Below are positions 29,483 to 38,631 of a stretch of 64,000 bases of DNA, piece by piece. Source of the stretch: an uncultured Solirubrobacterales bacterium (lineage in GTDB: Bacteria > Actinomycetota > Thermoleophilia > Solirubrobacterales > 70-9); NCBI GenBank assembly GCA_963798165.1, contig CAWCSE010000003.1:178014-242013 (forward strand). Reading direction: 5' to 3'. Both the position numbers and the translations under genes were made by a program. The notes beneath the pieces were generated by a model, which saw only the letters and a program-made list of their open reading frames with translations, had not been told where the DNA came from and did no database searches. The number at the start of each line of letters is the position of its first letter. Position 1 is the stretch's first letter.

Positions 29483-29863
29483 CTAGACGGCGAGGTCGAG
29501 GCCGAGCCAGACGACCACGAGCGTCAGCAGGAAGATCGCCGCCTGCAACGCGTGGGCGCGGGGGAAGCGGAGGTGGACGAGCGTGAGGACGATCAGGATC
29601 CCGACGAGGATCAGCTTGATCTGCAGGGTGCTCGAGCTCCAAAGGCCGTCGTGGTCGGCCATCGCGATGCCCGTCACCAACAGGACACCCAATGCGATCG
29701 CCGAGCCGATCCCGAACCGGCGGGCGACGGCGCGGAGCCGTTCGGGGTCCGGATTGAGGCGCTCCACCGGGACGAGCGCGAACGCGATCATCAGCTGGCC
29801 GCCGAGGAAGTAGGCCATTGCAAGCAGGTGGACGTAGAGGACGGCCTGCCAGAACCCGGTCAA
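29483..29863 (-). CDS. small integral membrane protein (4 TM, CopD/DUF-like)
   Basis: 126 aa with four hydrophobic helices. 4-nt overlap with the hemerythrin gene stop. Confidence 0.5.
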   Translation of the reverse strand: MTGFWQAVLYVHLLAMAYFLGGQLMIAFALVPVERLNPDPERLRAVARRFGIGSAIALGVLLVTGIAMADHDGLWSSSTLQIKLILVGILIVLTLVHLRFPRAHALQAAIFLLTLVVVWLGLDLAV

Positions 29864-30306
29864 ACCGAGCCCCCGGATGCGCTCTCCGCGGCTTCGATCT
29901 CCGCTCCGATCCGAGCCAGCTCGTCCGCCGCGACCCGCTGCTCGATCAGCGGGAAGAGCACCCGCTCCTCGAACCGCACGTGGTCGTTCAGCTGCTCGCC
30001 GAGGCGATGCAAGTCGTCAAGTCCCGCCTGACCCGAATCCACGAGGCGGACCGCGGCGCGGATCTCGAGGTGCTCGCGCGCCACCCTGGCGGCGGCCTCC
30101 AGATCGGCATTCTCGTCGGCCGCCAGCCACCCGGGCAGGAGAATGCCCTCCTCGATCTCGAAGTGCCTGCGGCCGTGTTCGTTCCAGTAGCCCATCAACG
30201 CGGTCGCGGCCTCCTCGACGACATCGGCGCGGCGCAGGCTCATGGCAACGAACAGGGCCTGGTGATGGTCGTGGGAGAGCGGAGTGAGCTCGTCGCTCCG
30301 CTTCAT
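29860..30306 (-). CDS. hemerythrin HHE cation-binding domain protein
   Basis: Start at ATG 30306 (MKRSDELTPLSHDHHQALF). HFEIEEGILLP, HLEIR and HVRFEERVLFP are His/Glu motifs of the hemerythrin fold. Confidence 0.7.
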   Translation of the reverse strand: MKRSDELTPLSHDHHQALFVAMSLRRADVVEEAATALMGYWNEHGRRHFEIEEGILLPGWLAADENADLEAAARVAREHLEIRAAVRLVDSGQAGLDDLHRLGEQLNDHVRFEERVLFPLIEQRVAADELARIGAEIEAAESASGGSV

Positions 30307-30421
30307 ACGGCACCTGTAGGCATCGGGGGTCAAGGCCGGTCAATCGTCGTACCCAGACACCCCCGGCCGCATCCGTGGCAGCTACGGGAACAGCGGCCGA
30401 GAGCGGCCGGCCCCCTCGTCA

Positions 30422-30495
<74 letters not shown>

Positions 30496-30646
30496 GCGTG
30501 GGCAGAATACCGCTCTAGCAAGCGGGTTCTGGGAGGTCGGTGATCGGCGGGATGAGCGACCTCATTGGGCAATATTCGGCTCCAGTGACTTTTAGTGACC
30601 AAAAGGGGTTGGAAATGGGCCCGAACAGGGCAGGACCAACGACCTA
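30496..30646. repeat. right arm (tRNA-upstream arm) copy 1 with two AGTGAC repeats
   Basis: GCGTGGGCAGAATACCGCTCTAGCAAGCGGGTTCTGG...TCCAGTGACTTTTAGTGACCAAAAGG...GGGCCCGAAC. Homologous to 34368-34512, 41124-41250 and 41774-41900. Confidence 0.8.
30504..30509 (-). promoter_or_regulatory. -10-like hexamer TATTCT, 8 nt upstream of tRNA-Arg +1
   Basis: Read on the minus strand. The same position holds TAATCT (34376-34381 and the copy near 41132), GAATCT (near 36285) and TATTCT (near 41782) in the four partial copies. Confidence 0.4.
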
Positions 30647-30702
30647 GGTTCTGGCCATAGCTCCTACTCAGCCGGTCCAGGCCAAAGCGAGATACTTAGG
30701 CG

Positions 30703-31096
30703 ATGTCGCAAAAGAACGTGGACGTAGTCCGAGCGGCCTTCGACGGCTGGCTTCGGGGTGATCCGGCAACGCTCGAGCTGATTGACCTGATGTCGTTTAG
30801 TGCCGGGCCCAGGGATGCTGGGTGGCGGCATCTACCGTGGCCACGAGGGCGTGGTCCAGTGGTGGGTCGATTGGCGGCGCGAGTGGACGGACTACGAGAT
30901 CGAGGTCGTACGGCTGGAGGACGTTGGTGATCGAGTATTCACTGCGGAGCGCAGCCAGGCGAAGGGCAAACGCAGTGGAGCCTCCGTGAACTTCGAGACC
31001 TATTCCGTCTGGACCCTGCGGGACGGGAGAATCGTTCGCTGGCAGGGCTATGAGAGTGAGACAGAGGCCCTCGAAGCCGCTGGGCTGTCGGAGTAG
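30703..31096 (+). pseudogene. NTF2/SnoaL-like cassette A, frameshifted
   Basis: N-terminus MSQKNVDVVRAAFDGWLRGDPATLELIDL in one frame. GGIYRGHEGVVQWW...RDGRIVRWQGYESETEALEAAGLSE follows in another frame, with the shift near 30791-30810. Preceded by an L1 leader. Confidence 0.75.
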
Positions 31097-31164
31097 ATCG
31101 GTTCTGGCCGTGAAATAACTCCTACTCAGTCGGTTCAGGGCCAAAGCGAAATACTGCGTGAGCG

Positions 31165-31569
31165 ATGTCGGAGGAGAACGTGGAGCTTGTGGGGCGCATG
31201 ATCGAAGCGTTCAACCAAGGCAGCGTTGACGGCATCCGACCGTTTCTCCACCCCGAGATCGAATGGCACGAGGATCCATCGTTCCCGGAAGCAGGGGTCT
31301 ATCGCGGCGTTGAAGCATTCGAGGAGTACTCGCGGCAGTTTCTCGCAGAGTTCTCTGACATCCGTTACGAGGCTCGGGAGACTGTCGAGATCGGTGACGA
31401 CGTGATTGCCAACATGCAGATTCGGGGACGGGGGAAGACAAGCGGAGCAGCGTTCGAGCTCTCAGCTTGGTGGGCGATCACGTTCCAAGACCATCGGATG
31501 ATCCGTTGCTTTGCTTACCTCGACCGGGATCGGGCTCTGAAAGCCATCGGAGCCGACGGCTCCGAGTAG
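31165..31569 (+). CDS. NTF2/SnoaL-like cassette B (intact, 134 aa)
   Basis: MSEENVELVGRMIEAFNQG...YRGVEAFEEY...RGRGKTSGAAFE...LDRDRALKAIGADGSE. Has its own L1 leader (31097-31164). Confidence 0.75.
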   Translation: MSEENVELVGRMIEAFNQGSVDGIRPFLHPEIEWHEDPSFPEAGVYRGVEAFEEYSRQFLAEFSDIRYEARETVEIGDDVIANMQIRGRGKTSGAAFELSAWWAITFQDHRMIRCFAYLDRDRALKAIGADGSE

Positions 31570-31647
31570 ACCAGTAGGCAGCGTTCTGGCCGTTTCATAG
31601 CTCCTACTTAGCTAGCTCACGGCCAAAAGCGAGATACTGCGTAGACG

Positions 31648-31710
31648 ATGTCGGAGGAGAACGTCAAGACTCTGATTAGCGCCTCGAAGGCCGCGAGTTC
31701 TGCGGCTACG
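31648..31710 (+). pseudogene. NTF2/SnoaL-like cassette C, 5' fragment only
   Basis: An L1 leader followed by ATG TCG GAG GAG AAC GTC AAG (MSEENVK). The family sequence then breaks off and runs into an L2-type leader. Confidence 0.6.
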
Positions 31711-31820
31711 GTCAAGGATGAGTCCCTCCCGTTTATCTGTGAATGGGTGGAGACTGTGGCACTGGCGCCCCCGACGGTCGAGCGAGATACTGGATGGCAA
31801 AGAGCGATACTCAGTGGGCG

Positions 31821-32234
31821 ATGGACTACGAAGAAAAGCTGACGGTCGTTCGCCAGTCCTACGAAGCGTTCAGCCGCAATGATATTGAAGCGCTTCTCTC
31901 TGTCTACGCCCCAGATTGCGAGTGGCTTATGTCGAACTTCGCAGGCTGGCCCGAGAAGCAGCTCTACGTAGGCCGACAGGGTCTCGCCGAGTTCTTCGAA
32001 ACCTGGTTTGAGCCCTGGGAGGACTTCTACGTAGAGATCAGAGAAACGATCGACCTGCCGGGTGATCGCTGCCTTGTGATCGGGGACGCCCATGGGCACG
32101 GCCGACTCAGCGGCGTCGCAGTTGATTTGCCGCCCCTCGCCCAGATCGTCGACTTCCGTGATGGACAGCTTCTGCGTGTCGATAACTATTCGGATGTCGA
32201 AGCGGGCCGAAGAGCCGCCGGGCCGTCGGAGTAG
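31821..32234 (+). CDS. NTF2/SnoaL-like cassette C' (intact, 137 aa)
   Basis: MDYEEKLTVVRQSYEAFSRNDIEALLSVYAPDCEW...YVGRQGLAEFF...GHGRLSGVAV...RDGQLLRVDNYSDVEAGRRAAGPSE. Preceded by an L2 leader. Confidence 0.7.
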   Translation: MDYEEKLTVVRQSYEAFSRNDIEALLSVYAPDCEWLMSNFAGWPEKQLYVGRQGLAEFFETWFEPWEDFYVEIRETIDLPGDRCLVIGDAHGHGRLSGVAVDLPPLAQIVDFRDGQLLRVDNYSDVEAGRRAAGPSE

Positions 32235-32353
32235 CTGCTCGGTCACGCCGCGACCTCGATTACCGGCAAAGCGAGTCCCTCCCGTTTATCGGTGAATGGG
32301 TGGCGGCGCTGGCACTGGCGGTCCCGACGGCCGAGCGAGATACTGGACGGGCG

Positions 32354-32759
32354 ATGTCTCACGAGAACGTGGAACTGGCGGAACGCGCATATGCAGCGTT
32401 TAAGGAAAGAGGATGTGCCGACGGTCATCGAGCTGTTCGATCAAGACATCGGATGGAATGCCTCCGACGTCTTCTTCGACGAGCCGCGGGCCTATCGCGG
32501 CCGAACGGAGTGGGCGCAGACCTTCCTTCGAGACCTGATCGCACTGTTCGAGGACTACCGGGCCGATCCCGAGGAGATCATTGACGCTGGCGACCATCTA
32601 GTGGCCATCGTTCGGGTTGGCGGGCGCGGGAGACACAGCGGCGCGATGGTGACGGCACGTGTTGCACACGTCATGACATTCAGAGATGGCGGAATCGCTA
32701 CCTTCACAGAGTTCAAGGATGTCCCTGAGGGCCGCGAAACCGCCGGGCTGACGGAGTAG
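32354..32759 (+). pseudogene. NTF2/SnoaL-like cassette D, frameshifted near 32400
   Basis: MSHENVELAERAYAAFKE in one frame, then (K)EDVPTVIELFDQDIGWNAS...GGRGRHSGAMV...FRDGGIATFTEFKDVPEGRETAGLTE in the next. The shift is at the GGAAAGAGG run. An internal ATG could still give a truncated product. Confidence 0.65.
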
Positions 32760-32762
32760 GCG

Positions 32763-33179
32763 ATGTCGGGTGAGAACGTCGAGATCGTGCGCCGAGCCAT
32801 CGAGGCGTTCAACCGCGCCGGTACCGCCGGGGCGGTTAGCTCTGGCCTCTACGCGGATGACGTTGAATGGGATGGCACACGAAGCGGGGTCCCCGGAGCC
32901 GGCGTCGAGCGAGGCATCGATGACGTAGTTGCCTTCTTCGAAGAGAACTGGTTCGCCGCGTTTCCGTTCGAAGATTGGGAGATCCACATTGAGGAGGCGA
33001 TTGATAACGGAGATAAGGTGGTCTTCACTTCCCATCAACGAGCGCGAGGAGCATCCGAGCGGGGCGGAGAGTCCCTCGCCCTTGGAAGCATCTTCACGCT
33101 CCGCAACGGACAGATCGTGCGGATGCAGGTCTTCCAGCGCCCGGAAGATGCCCGCAAAGCCGCCGGGCCGACGGAGTAG
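32763..33179 (+). CDS. NTF2/SnoaL-like cassette E (intact, 138 aa)
   Basis: MSGENVEIVRRAIEAFNRAG...FPFEDWEIHIEEAIDNGDKVVFTSHQRARGASERGG...LRNGQIVRMQVFQRPEDARKAAGPTE. Chained 3 nt after the stop of D. Confidence 0.75.
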   Translation: MSGENVEIVRRAIEAFNRAGTAGAVSSGLYADDVEWDGTRSGVPGAGVERGIDDVVAFFEENWFAAFPFEDWEIHIEEAIDNGDKVVFTSHQRARGASERGGESLALGSIFTLRNGQIVRMQVFQRPEDARKAAGPTE

Positions 33180-33182
33180 TCG

Positions 33183-33591
33183 ATGTCGGAGGAGAACGTG
33201 GAGATCGTGCGCTGGCTTCACGAGAAGGGACACGCAAGGCGAACAGTCGAAGTGCCTGGTGTCGAGGATCGGATTGCCTCCGACTATCGCTTCCACCCGC
33301 GATCCGACTTTCCGGGTCGTTCCACCTACCGCCTTGACGAATTGGTCAATTTCTGGGCCGATCTCGACGCGACCTTTATTGACTACAGCCTGATTCCCCA
33401 AAGCTACGAATCGATTGGTCCTACCCACGTCTTGGTCACGCTGCGACAGACGACGCTCGGCCCGGGGAAGCGACCAGTTGCTCACCGAACTCATCTACAT
33501 GCTCTGGGAACTGGTCGAAGGAAGGGCCAAGGAGACATGGACGTCCAGCGAGAGGGAGCAAGCCCTCGAAGCTGCCGGGCTGTCGGAGTAG
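33183..33591 (+). pseudogene. NTF2/SnoaL-like cassette F, frameshifted
   Basis: MSEENVEIVRWLHEKG...THVLVTLRQT in frame 1. The family C-terminus LTELIYMLWELVEGRAKETWTSSEREQALEAAGLSE lies in another frame. The length is 409 nt, not a multiple of 3. Confidence 0.7.
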
Positions 33592-33594
33592 GTG

Positions 33595-34002
33595 ATGTCG
33601 CAAAAGAACATGGAGGCATTCAAGCGATCGGTTGAGGCGGGCAGCCGCCACGACTTTGACGCGATGCTGGAGGAGCTTGACCCGGCGGTGGAATGGCATC
33701 CGGCGGTAGGCGTGGCGTTGGCAGGTGAAGCGACGGTGCTTCGGGGACGGGAGGAGGTGCGGAAGTGGTTTCAGGACCTGTTCGGAGCGTTCGAGGATCT
33801 TCGCTTCGAAGCCTCGGAGTTCCGGGACCTCGGAGATGAACTGCTCGCGTTCGGTCGGGTGCAGGCCCATGGCACCGCAAGCGGTGTCGAGATCGACTCG
33901 GCATTGGCGTGGCTGGTCCGAGCAAAGAACGGGAAGGCGATTTGGGTCCGGAGCTACATGGATCCGAAGGAAGCTCTCGAAGCGGCCGGACTTTCGGAGT
34001 AA
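33595..34002 (+). CDS. NTF2/SnoaL-like cassette G (intact, terminal cassette of module 1)
   Basis: MSQKNMEAFKRSVEAGSRHDFDAMLEELDPAVEWHP...LRGREEVRKWF...AHGTASGVEI...KNGKAIWVRSYMDPKEALEAAGLSE. It ends in TAA, the only non-TAG stop in the array. Confidence 0.75.
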   Translation: MSQKNMEAFKRSVEAGSRHDFDAMLEELDPAVEWHPAVGVALAGEATVLRGREEVRKWFQDLFGAFEDLRFEASEFRDLGDELLAFGRVQAHGTASGVEIDSALAWLVRAKNGKAIWVRSYMDPKEALEAAGLSE

Positions 34003-34189
34003 CTCCGCCATCAGACCAGGGCGTGAAGCCGGGCAGCAGGAGATGCCTGCCTAGGAACTGGTCCGTAACAGTGATCAAGAGATCCGGTGCCGCACCATGC
34101 CGTCGTCCACGGTGACCGCCCGTTGCAGGGTCAGGTAAGGATGATCAGGGCGATCCCGCAGGTACTGCACGGGAACGCCAGAACTGAGC

Positions 34190-34512
<323 letters not shown>

Positions 34513-34572
34513 GGTTCTGGCCATTTCACCTACTTAGTCGGTTCAGGGCCTAAGCGAGATACTGCACAGACG

Positions 34573-34951
34573 ATGTCGCAGGAGAACGTGGACCTCATCA
34601 AACAGGGCTACGAGGTACTGGAAGGCCACTGGTGAGGTCAACGCGCATCCTGACCTGGTCTGGGATGTGACCAGACCGGCTGGCCAGGCCAGCAGATCTA
34701 TCCGGACCTGACGGAGCTAACGGTTCAACGCAGAGTGGGCGGATGCTTGGGATGACTGGGAGGTCGAGCTCGAGGACTGCCTTGACTTCGGGGAGCGAGT
34801 AGTAGCATCGTCAATCAGCGGGGACGTTCGAAGGTAACGGGATTCCGTGGACATGCACTTCGCTCAGGTGTGGTGCTCGCGACGGACTGGCGTTCAGGAT
34901 GAAGATGTACGCGAGCGGAGGAGGCCTCGAAGCCGCGGGCTGTCGGAGTAG
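34573..34951 (+). pseudogene. NTF2/SnoaL-like cassette N, heavily decayed
   Basis: An L1 leader, then MSQENVDLIKQGYEVLEGHW-stop. Family remnants (WDDWEVELEDCLDFGERVV..., ...EAAGCRSR) sit in shifting frames. Ends at the ..GGCTGTCGGAGTAG junction. Confidence 0.6.
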
Positions 34952-34990
34952 GCGCGCAGAGGGCGTTCCGGCCTTTGTGCGCGAGATAGG

Positions 34991-35400
34991 GTGCGCGACA
35001 TAGAGGGAAGAGACGAAGAAATCATCGCCAGCCTGCGCCGCACCTACGAGGCGACAACCGAGGCGACTTCGACTCCGCTGTCGAGATTGCTGCACCCTGA
35101 CGTTGAACTGGTTACAACCGGTGGCTTCACGAGCCTCGCGGGACCGACAAGCTCCGTGAGTGGTTGGAGCCAGAGACGATGGAGGACATAACGATGGAGC
35201 CGTAGTATTTCGAGGTTGCGGGCAACAACGTGCTGGTACGCCAGAGAAGTCGAGGCCGTGGAGTGACGAGCGGAGCTAAAGTCGAGATGGACTTCTGGGT
35301 GGGTTACACGATTGACGACGAGGGTCGCGTGACTAGGATGGTCGCTTATAACCACGATCAGGAAGTCAGAGCTCGAACGGATACCGGGCTATCGGAGTAG
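34991..35400 (+). pseudogene. NTF2/SnoaL-like cassette O, decayed (frameshifts and stops)
   Basis: EEIIASLRRTYEA...LLHPDVELVTTGG and ...NNVLVRQRSRGRGVTSGAKVEMDFWVGYTIDDEGRVTRMVAYNHDQEVRARTDTGLSE lie in different frames. 410 nt. Confidence 0.55.
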
Positions 35401-35403
35401 GCG

Positions 35404-35748
35404 ATGTCGGAAGAGAACGTGGAGATCGTTCGTCGCTGCTATGAGTTCTTGGAGAACCGCGACGAGTCGTTGATCGTTGAACTGATTGATCCCGACGTCG
35501 TCTACGACCTCTCGAGGAATGTATTCAACCCCGACGTCTATGTAGGTCACGAAGGGCTCAGGAGCTTGGTCGAACAGGTCGATGCGATGTGGGAGGGCTT
35601 TCGCATTGAGCCAGAAGAGTTCTCCGATGGTGGCGAATATGTCGTCTGCGCAGCTCGGATGACTGGACGGGGTAGAAAGAGAGGAGTCCCCACGGAGATG
35701 CGCCTCTTCCAGGTCTGGCAGCTTCGCGACGGCAAGGTACTGCGATAG
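35404..35748 (+). CDS. NTF2/SnoaL-like cassette P, truncated by an in-frame TAG 18 codons before the family stop
   Basis: MSEENVEIVRRCYEFLENRD...YVGHEGLRSLVE...TGRGRKRGVPTEMRLFQVWQLRDGKVLR-TAG. The same frame continues TGGYREHAEALEEAGLSE-TAG, ending at 35805. Confidence 0.65.
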   Translation: MSEENVEIVRRCYEFLENRDESLIVELIDPDVVYDLSRNVFNPDVYVGHEGLRSLVEQVDAMWEGFRIEPEEFSDGGEYVVCAARMTGRGRKRGVPTEMRLFQVWQLRDGKVLR

Positions 35749-35887
35749 ACGGGCGGCTACCGAGAGCATGCCGAAGCCCTCGAAGAGGCCGGGCTGTCGG
35801 AGTAGGGCGCTCACTCCCGGCATCAGACCGGGACGCCGAAGCCGGGGCAGCAGGGGATGCCCTACAGAAATGGGTCCATAGCCGTGG

Positions 35888-36010
35888 TCAAGAGATCCGT
35901 TGCTGCACCATGCCCTCGTCCACCGTGACCGCCCGTTGCAGGATCAGGTAAATGATGAACAGGGCGACGACCGCCGATGCCGCGATCAGCACCTTTTTTC
36001 CGATGCTCAT
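35888..36010 (-). CDS. 40-aa hydrophobic peptide in the module-end region (hypothetical)
   Basis: MSIGKKVLIAASAVVALFIIYLILQRAVTVDEGMVQQRIS, with GGAGAGG 1 nt before the ATG. The homologous stretch in module 1 (34075-34190) carries an internal deletion that removes the start. Confidence 0.35.
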   Translation of the reverse strand: MSIGKKVLIAASAVVALFIIYLILQRAVTVDEGMVQQRIS

Positions 36011-36099
36011 GCCTCTCCTTCGATCGAGTTCTACGACCGCGATCGTATTCTCGGCTCCACCTTCGCGCAGGTATTGCACGGGATCACCAGAACGTTGCG

Positions 36100-36310
<211 letters not shown>

Positions 36311-36522
36311 CTAGCGTAGCCGCCGGAGCCAAAATCGCGGGGCTTGGCCGGGAGGCGGGCTCGATTGTGCCCATTGCTGCCCATTCAACGCCCAACTGAA
36401 CTCTCATGCAACAGCACCATCTCGTCATGCGCTGACGTCGGAAACCCGGTTGTGCGTTGACTGCGCGATGACTTTGTCAATAGGATCGCGCAGTCCAAAT
36501 CGGGAATCCAAACGGGAGACTT

Positions 36523-37413
36523 GTGAGCAACTTCAATCGACGCCGTTCGCGCAATTCAGAAACGAAGCGGCGGAGGTTGAGCAAGCCGAGCCCGGCGATG
36601 GCCGTGGCCCTTGCTGCCCTGTTCTTCGCGATGACCGGAATGGGCATCGCCGCCAAGTCCATGATCACGGGAAAGCAGATCAAGAATGGGACGGTGACCT
36701 CGAAGGATCTCGCCAAGGGCGCGGTCAAGGCGAAGAACCTCGCCGACAGCGCGGTCACGCCCGCCGCCCTCGCAGACAGTGCCGTCACGGCCGACAAGCT
36801 CGCGGGCAGCTCAATCACCGCTCGTGCCATCGACGGCTCCTTGCCGGCGAGATCCGCAGGGCGAGTTATCAATCAGGGCTCGGTCCCCAAAATCTGTCCT
36901 GGCGGCATCATCACCTTCGGCGCAGCGTGCCCTGCCATACCCGAGCGGGCGAACATGCGCTACGCGGAAGTACTGAACTTCGACAGCTGGTACGCCCTTC
37001 AAGGATTACCCTGCAGCGGCAGCGGCGGCGACCTGCCGCTGACTTCTATCTCGCAGTCTCCCGATTTGGCGCCCTACCCGGGCTTGCCAACGACTGGTGA
37101 CCGATTCACAATCGAGAAGACGGGGAACTACACGGTCACTGTCAACGCCACCTGGGACGCGGGTCCCGGCGATTACCGCGCAATCCAAGCAGACAAGCAC
37201 CTTGGCAGCGGCCCCAACCAAGGCGAGAGTGTCAAAATCGGATACGTGATCGATGCACCCGCGCCTGGTCTGGAGACCATGCAGTCGGGGACGTTCGACT
37301 TCACGGCCAACGCGGGGGACACCATCCACTTCAGTGCCTCGCAGTGCGGCCCCAATATGGTCAAGCTCCAGGAGCTGAGGGCTAACGTCTTGCCGGAGCA
37401 GGCCGTTCAGTAG
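36523..37413 (+). CDS. membrane-anchored hypothetical protein with short tandem xLAxSAVT-type repeats
   Basis: 296 aa. GTG start with GGGAGA 4 nt upstream. Basic N-terminus, one TM (MAVALAALFFAMTGMGIAA), then ITGKQIKNGTVTSKDLAKGAVKAKNLADSAVTPAALADSAVTADKLAGSSIT. I recognise no catalytic motif. Confidence 0.5.
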   Translation: MSNFNRRRSRNSETKRRRLSKPSPAMAVALAALFFAMTGMGIAAKSMITGKQIKNGTVTSKDLAKGAVKAKNLADSAVTPAALADSAVTADKLAGSSITARAIDGSLPARSAGRVINQGSVPKICPGGIITFGAACPAIPERANMRYAEVLNFDSWYALQGLPCSGSGGDLPLTSISQSPDLAPYPGLPTTGDRFTIEKTGNYTVTVNATWDAGPGDYRAIQADKHLGSGPNQGESVKIGYVIDAPAPGLETMQSGTFDFTANAGDTIHFSASQCGPNMVKLQELRANVLPEQAVQ

Positions 37414-37528
37414 CCGGGGTTGCCGGGGACGCTGGTTCTCGGCGAAGCCTCATCGCAGCGGTAACCTGCCGCGGGTCGGTTCGCCGTACCCGGGCATCGG
37501 CGCTAGTGGCCAATGGAGGGCCGAAATG

Positions 37529-37676
37529 GCGGGTGCAGGCCCATGGCACCGCAAGCGGTGTCGAGATCGACTCGGCATTGGCGTGGCTGGTCCGAGCAAA
37601 GAACGGAAAGGCGATTTGGGTCCGGAGCTACATGGATCCGAGGGAAGCCTTCGAAGCCGCCGGGCTGTCGGAGTAG
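37529..37676 (+). pseudogene. 3' fragment of an NTF2/SnoaL-like cassette (G'), near-identical to the 3' end of cassette G
   Basis: CGGGTGCAGGCCCATGGCACCGCAAGCGGTGTCGAGATCGACTCGGCATTGGCGTGGCTGGTCCGAGCAAAGAACGG matches about 33856-33935 with 1 mismatch by eye. It is fused upstream to a right-arm fragment (37503-37528). Confidence 0.75.
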
Positions 37677-37679
37677 GCG

Positions 37680-38096
37680 ATGTCGGAGGAGAACATCGAG
37701 ATTGTCCGGCGAGTCATTACGGCGCTCAACCGAGGCGGACCCGCCGCAGTAGTGAACACCGGCCTCCTCGCGGACGAAGTCGTGTTCGACGGCACGCAAA
37801 GCGGCATCCCTGGAGTCAGCGTCTTCCGAGGCATCGATGCCGTCCGGGATTTCTTCGAGGAGGACTGGTTCGATGTGTTTCCGTTTGAGGACTGGGAGAT
37901 TCGCATGGAGGAGCCGATCGACAACGGAGAGCAGGTGGTCTTCACTTCTCACCAACGAGGGCGGGGAGCGTCCAGCAGGGCGGGAACGGTGCTCACGGTC
38001 GGCAACATCTTCACTGTCCGCAACGGAAAGCTCGTGCGCATGCAGATCTTCCAGCGACCCGACGAAGCCCTCGAAGCCGCCGGGCTGTGGGAGTAG
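37680..38096 (+). CDS. NTF2/SnoaL-like cassette H (intact, 138 aa; closest paralog of E)
   Basis: MSEENIEIVRRVITALNRGG...FPFEDWEIRMEEPIDNGEQVVFTSHQRGRGASSRAG...VRNGKLVRMQIFQRPDEALEAAGLWE. Confidence 0.75.
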   Translation: MSEENIEIVRRVITALNRGGPAAVVNTGLLADEVVFDGTQSGIPGVSVFRGIDAVRDFFEEDWFDVFPFEDWEIRMEEPIDNGEQVVFTSHQRGRGASSRAGTVLTVGNIFTVRNGKLVRMQIFQRPDEALEAAGLWE

Positions 38097-38099
38097 AAG

Positions 38100-38501
38100 A
38101 TGTCGGAGGAGAACGTAAAGATCGTTCGCCGATCCTTCGACACCTTCAATCAACGCGACAAGGTTGCGTGGATGGCCGACGCCGATCTGGAATGCGAGGT
38201 GTTTCCCCCTGCCGAGTGGCCCGAGAACACGCCGATTCGAGGAGCCGCGGCCTGCTGGGAGTTCTACCTCGACAACGCAAAGGCCTTCGAGGAGGGCTCG
38301 TTTGAGCTTCGGGAGGTTCGTGACGTCGGTCACGGCCGGGTGATCGCGAACCAGCATCGGGAGATGCGGGGCAGGAAGAGTGGAGCAGCCGTGGTCTATG
38401 ACTTCTGGGCCGTGATCACGCTCCGGCATGGGAAGCACGTCCGCTGGGATTGGTTCAGCACCCGATCCGCGGCCCTGGAGGCCGCCGGGCTGTCGGAGTA
38501 G
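38100..38501 (+). CDS. NTF2/SnoaL-like cassette I (intact, 133 aa)
   Basis: MSEENVKIVRRSFDTFNQRD...EMRGRKSGAAVVYDFWAVITLRHGKHVRWDWFSTRSAALEAAGLSE. Followed by a 73-nt fragment of the module-end region. Confidence 0.75.
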   Translation: MSEENVKIVRRSFDTFNQRDKVAWMADADLECEVFPPAEWPENTPIRGAAACWEFYLDNAKAFEEGSFELREVRDVGHGRVIANQHREMRGRKSGAAVVYDFWAVITLRHGKHVRWDWFSTRSAALEAAGLSE

Positions 38502-38631
38502 GCGCTCACTCCAGCCATCAGACCGGGACGTGAAGTCGGGGCAGCAGGGGATGCCCTGCCGAAATGGGTCCATAACCGTGGTGGCCCTGGCACTGGCGCC
38601 CCCGACGGCCGAGCGCGATACTGGACGGGCG

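Noticed and set aside
32310-32326. TGGCAC in the L2 leaders as a sigma-54 (-24/-12) promoter.
   Set aside because: The downstream element is TGGCG, not the TTGC expected 4-5 nt later. No enhancer-binding protein gene is nearby.
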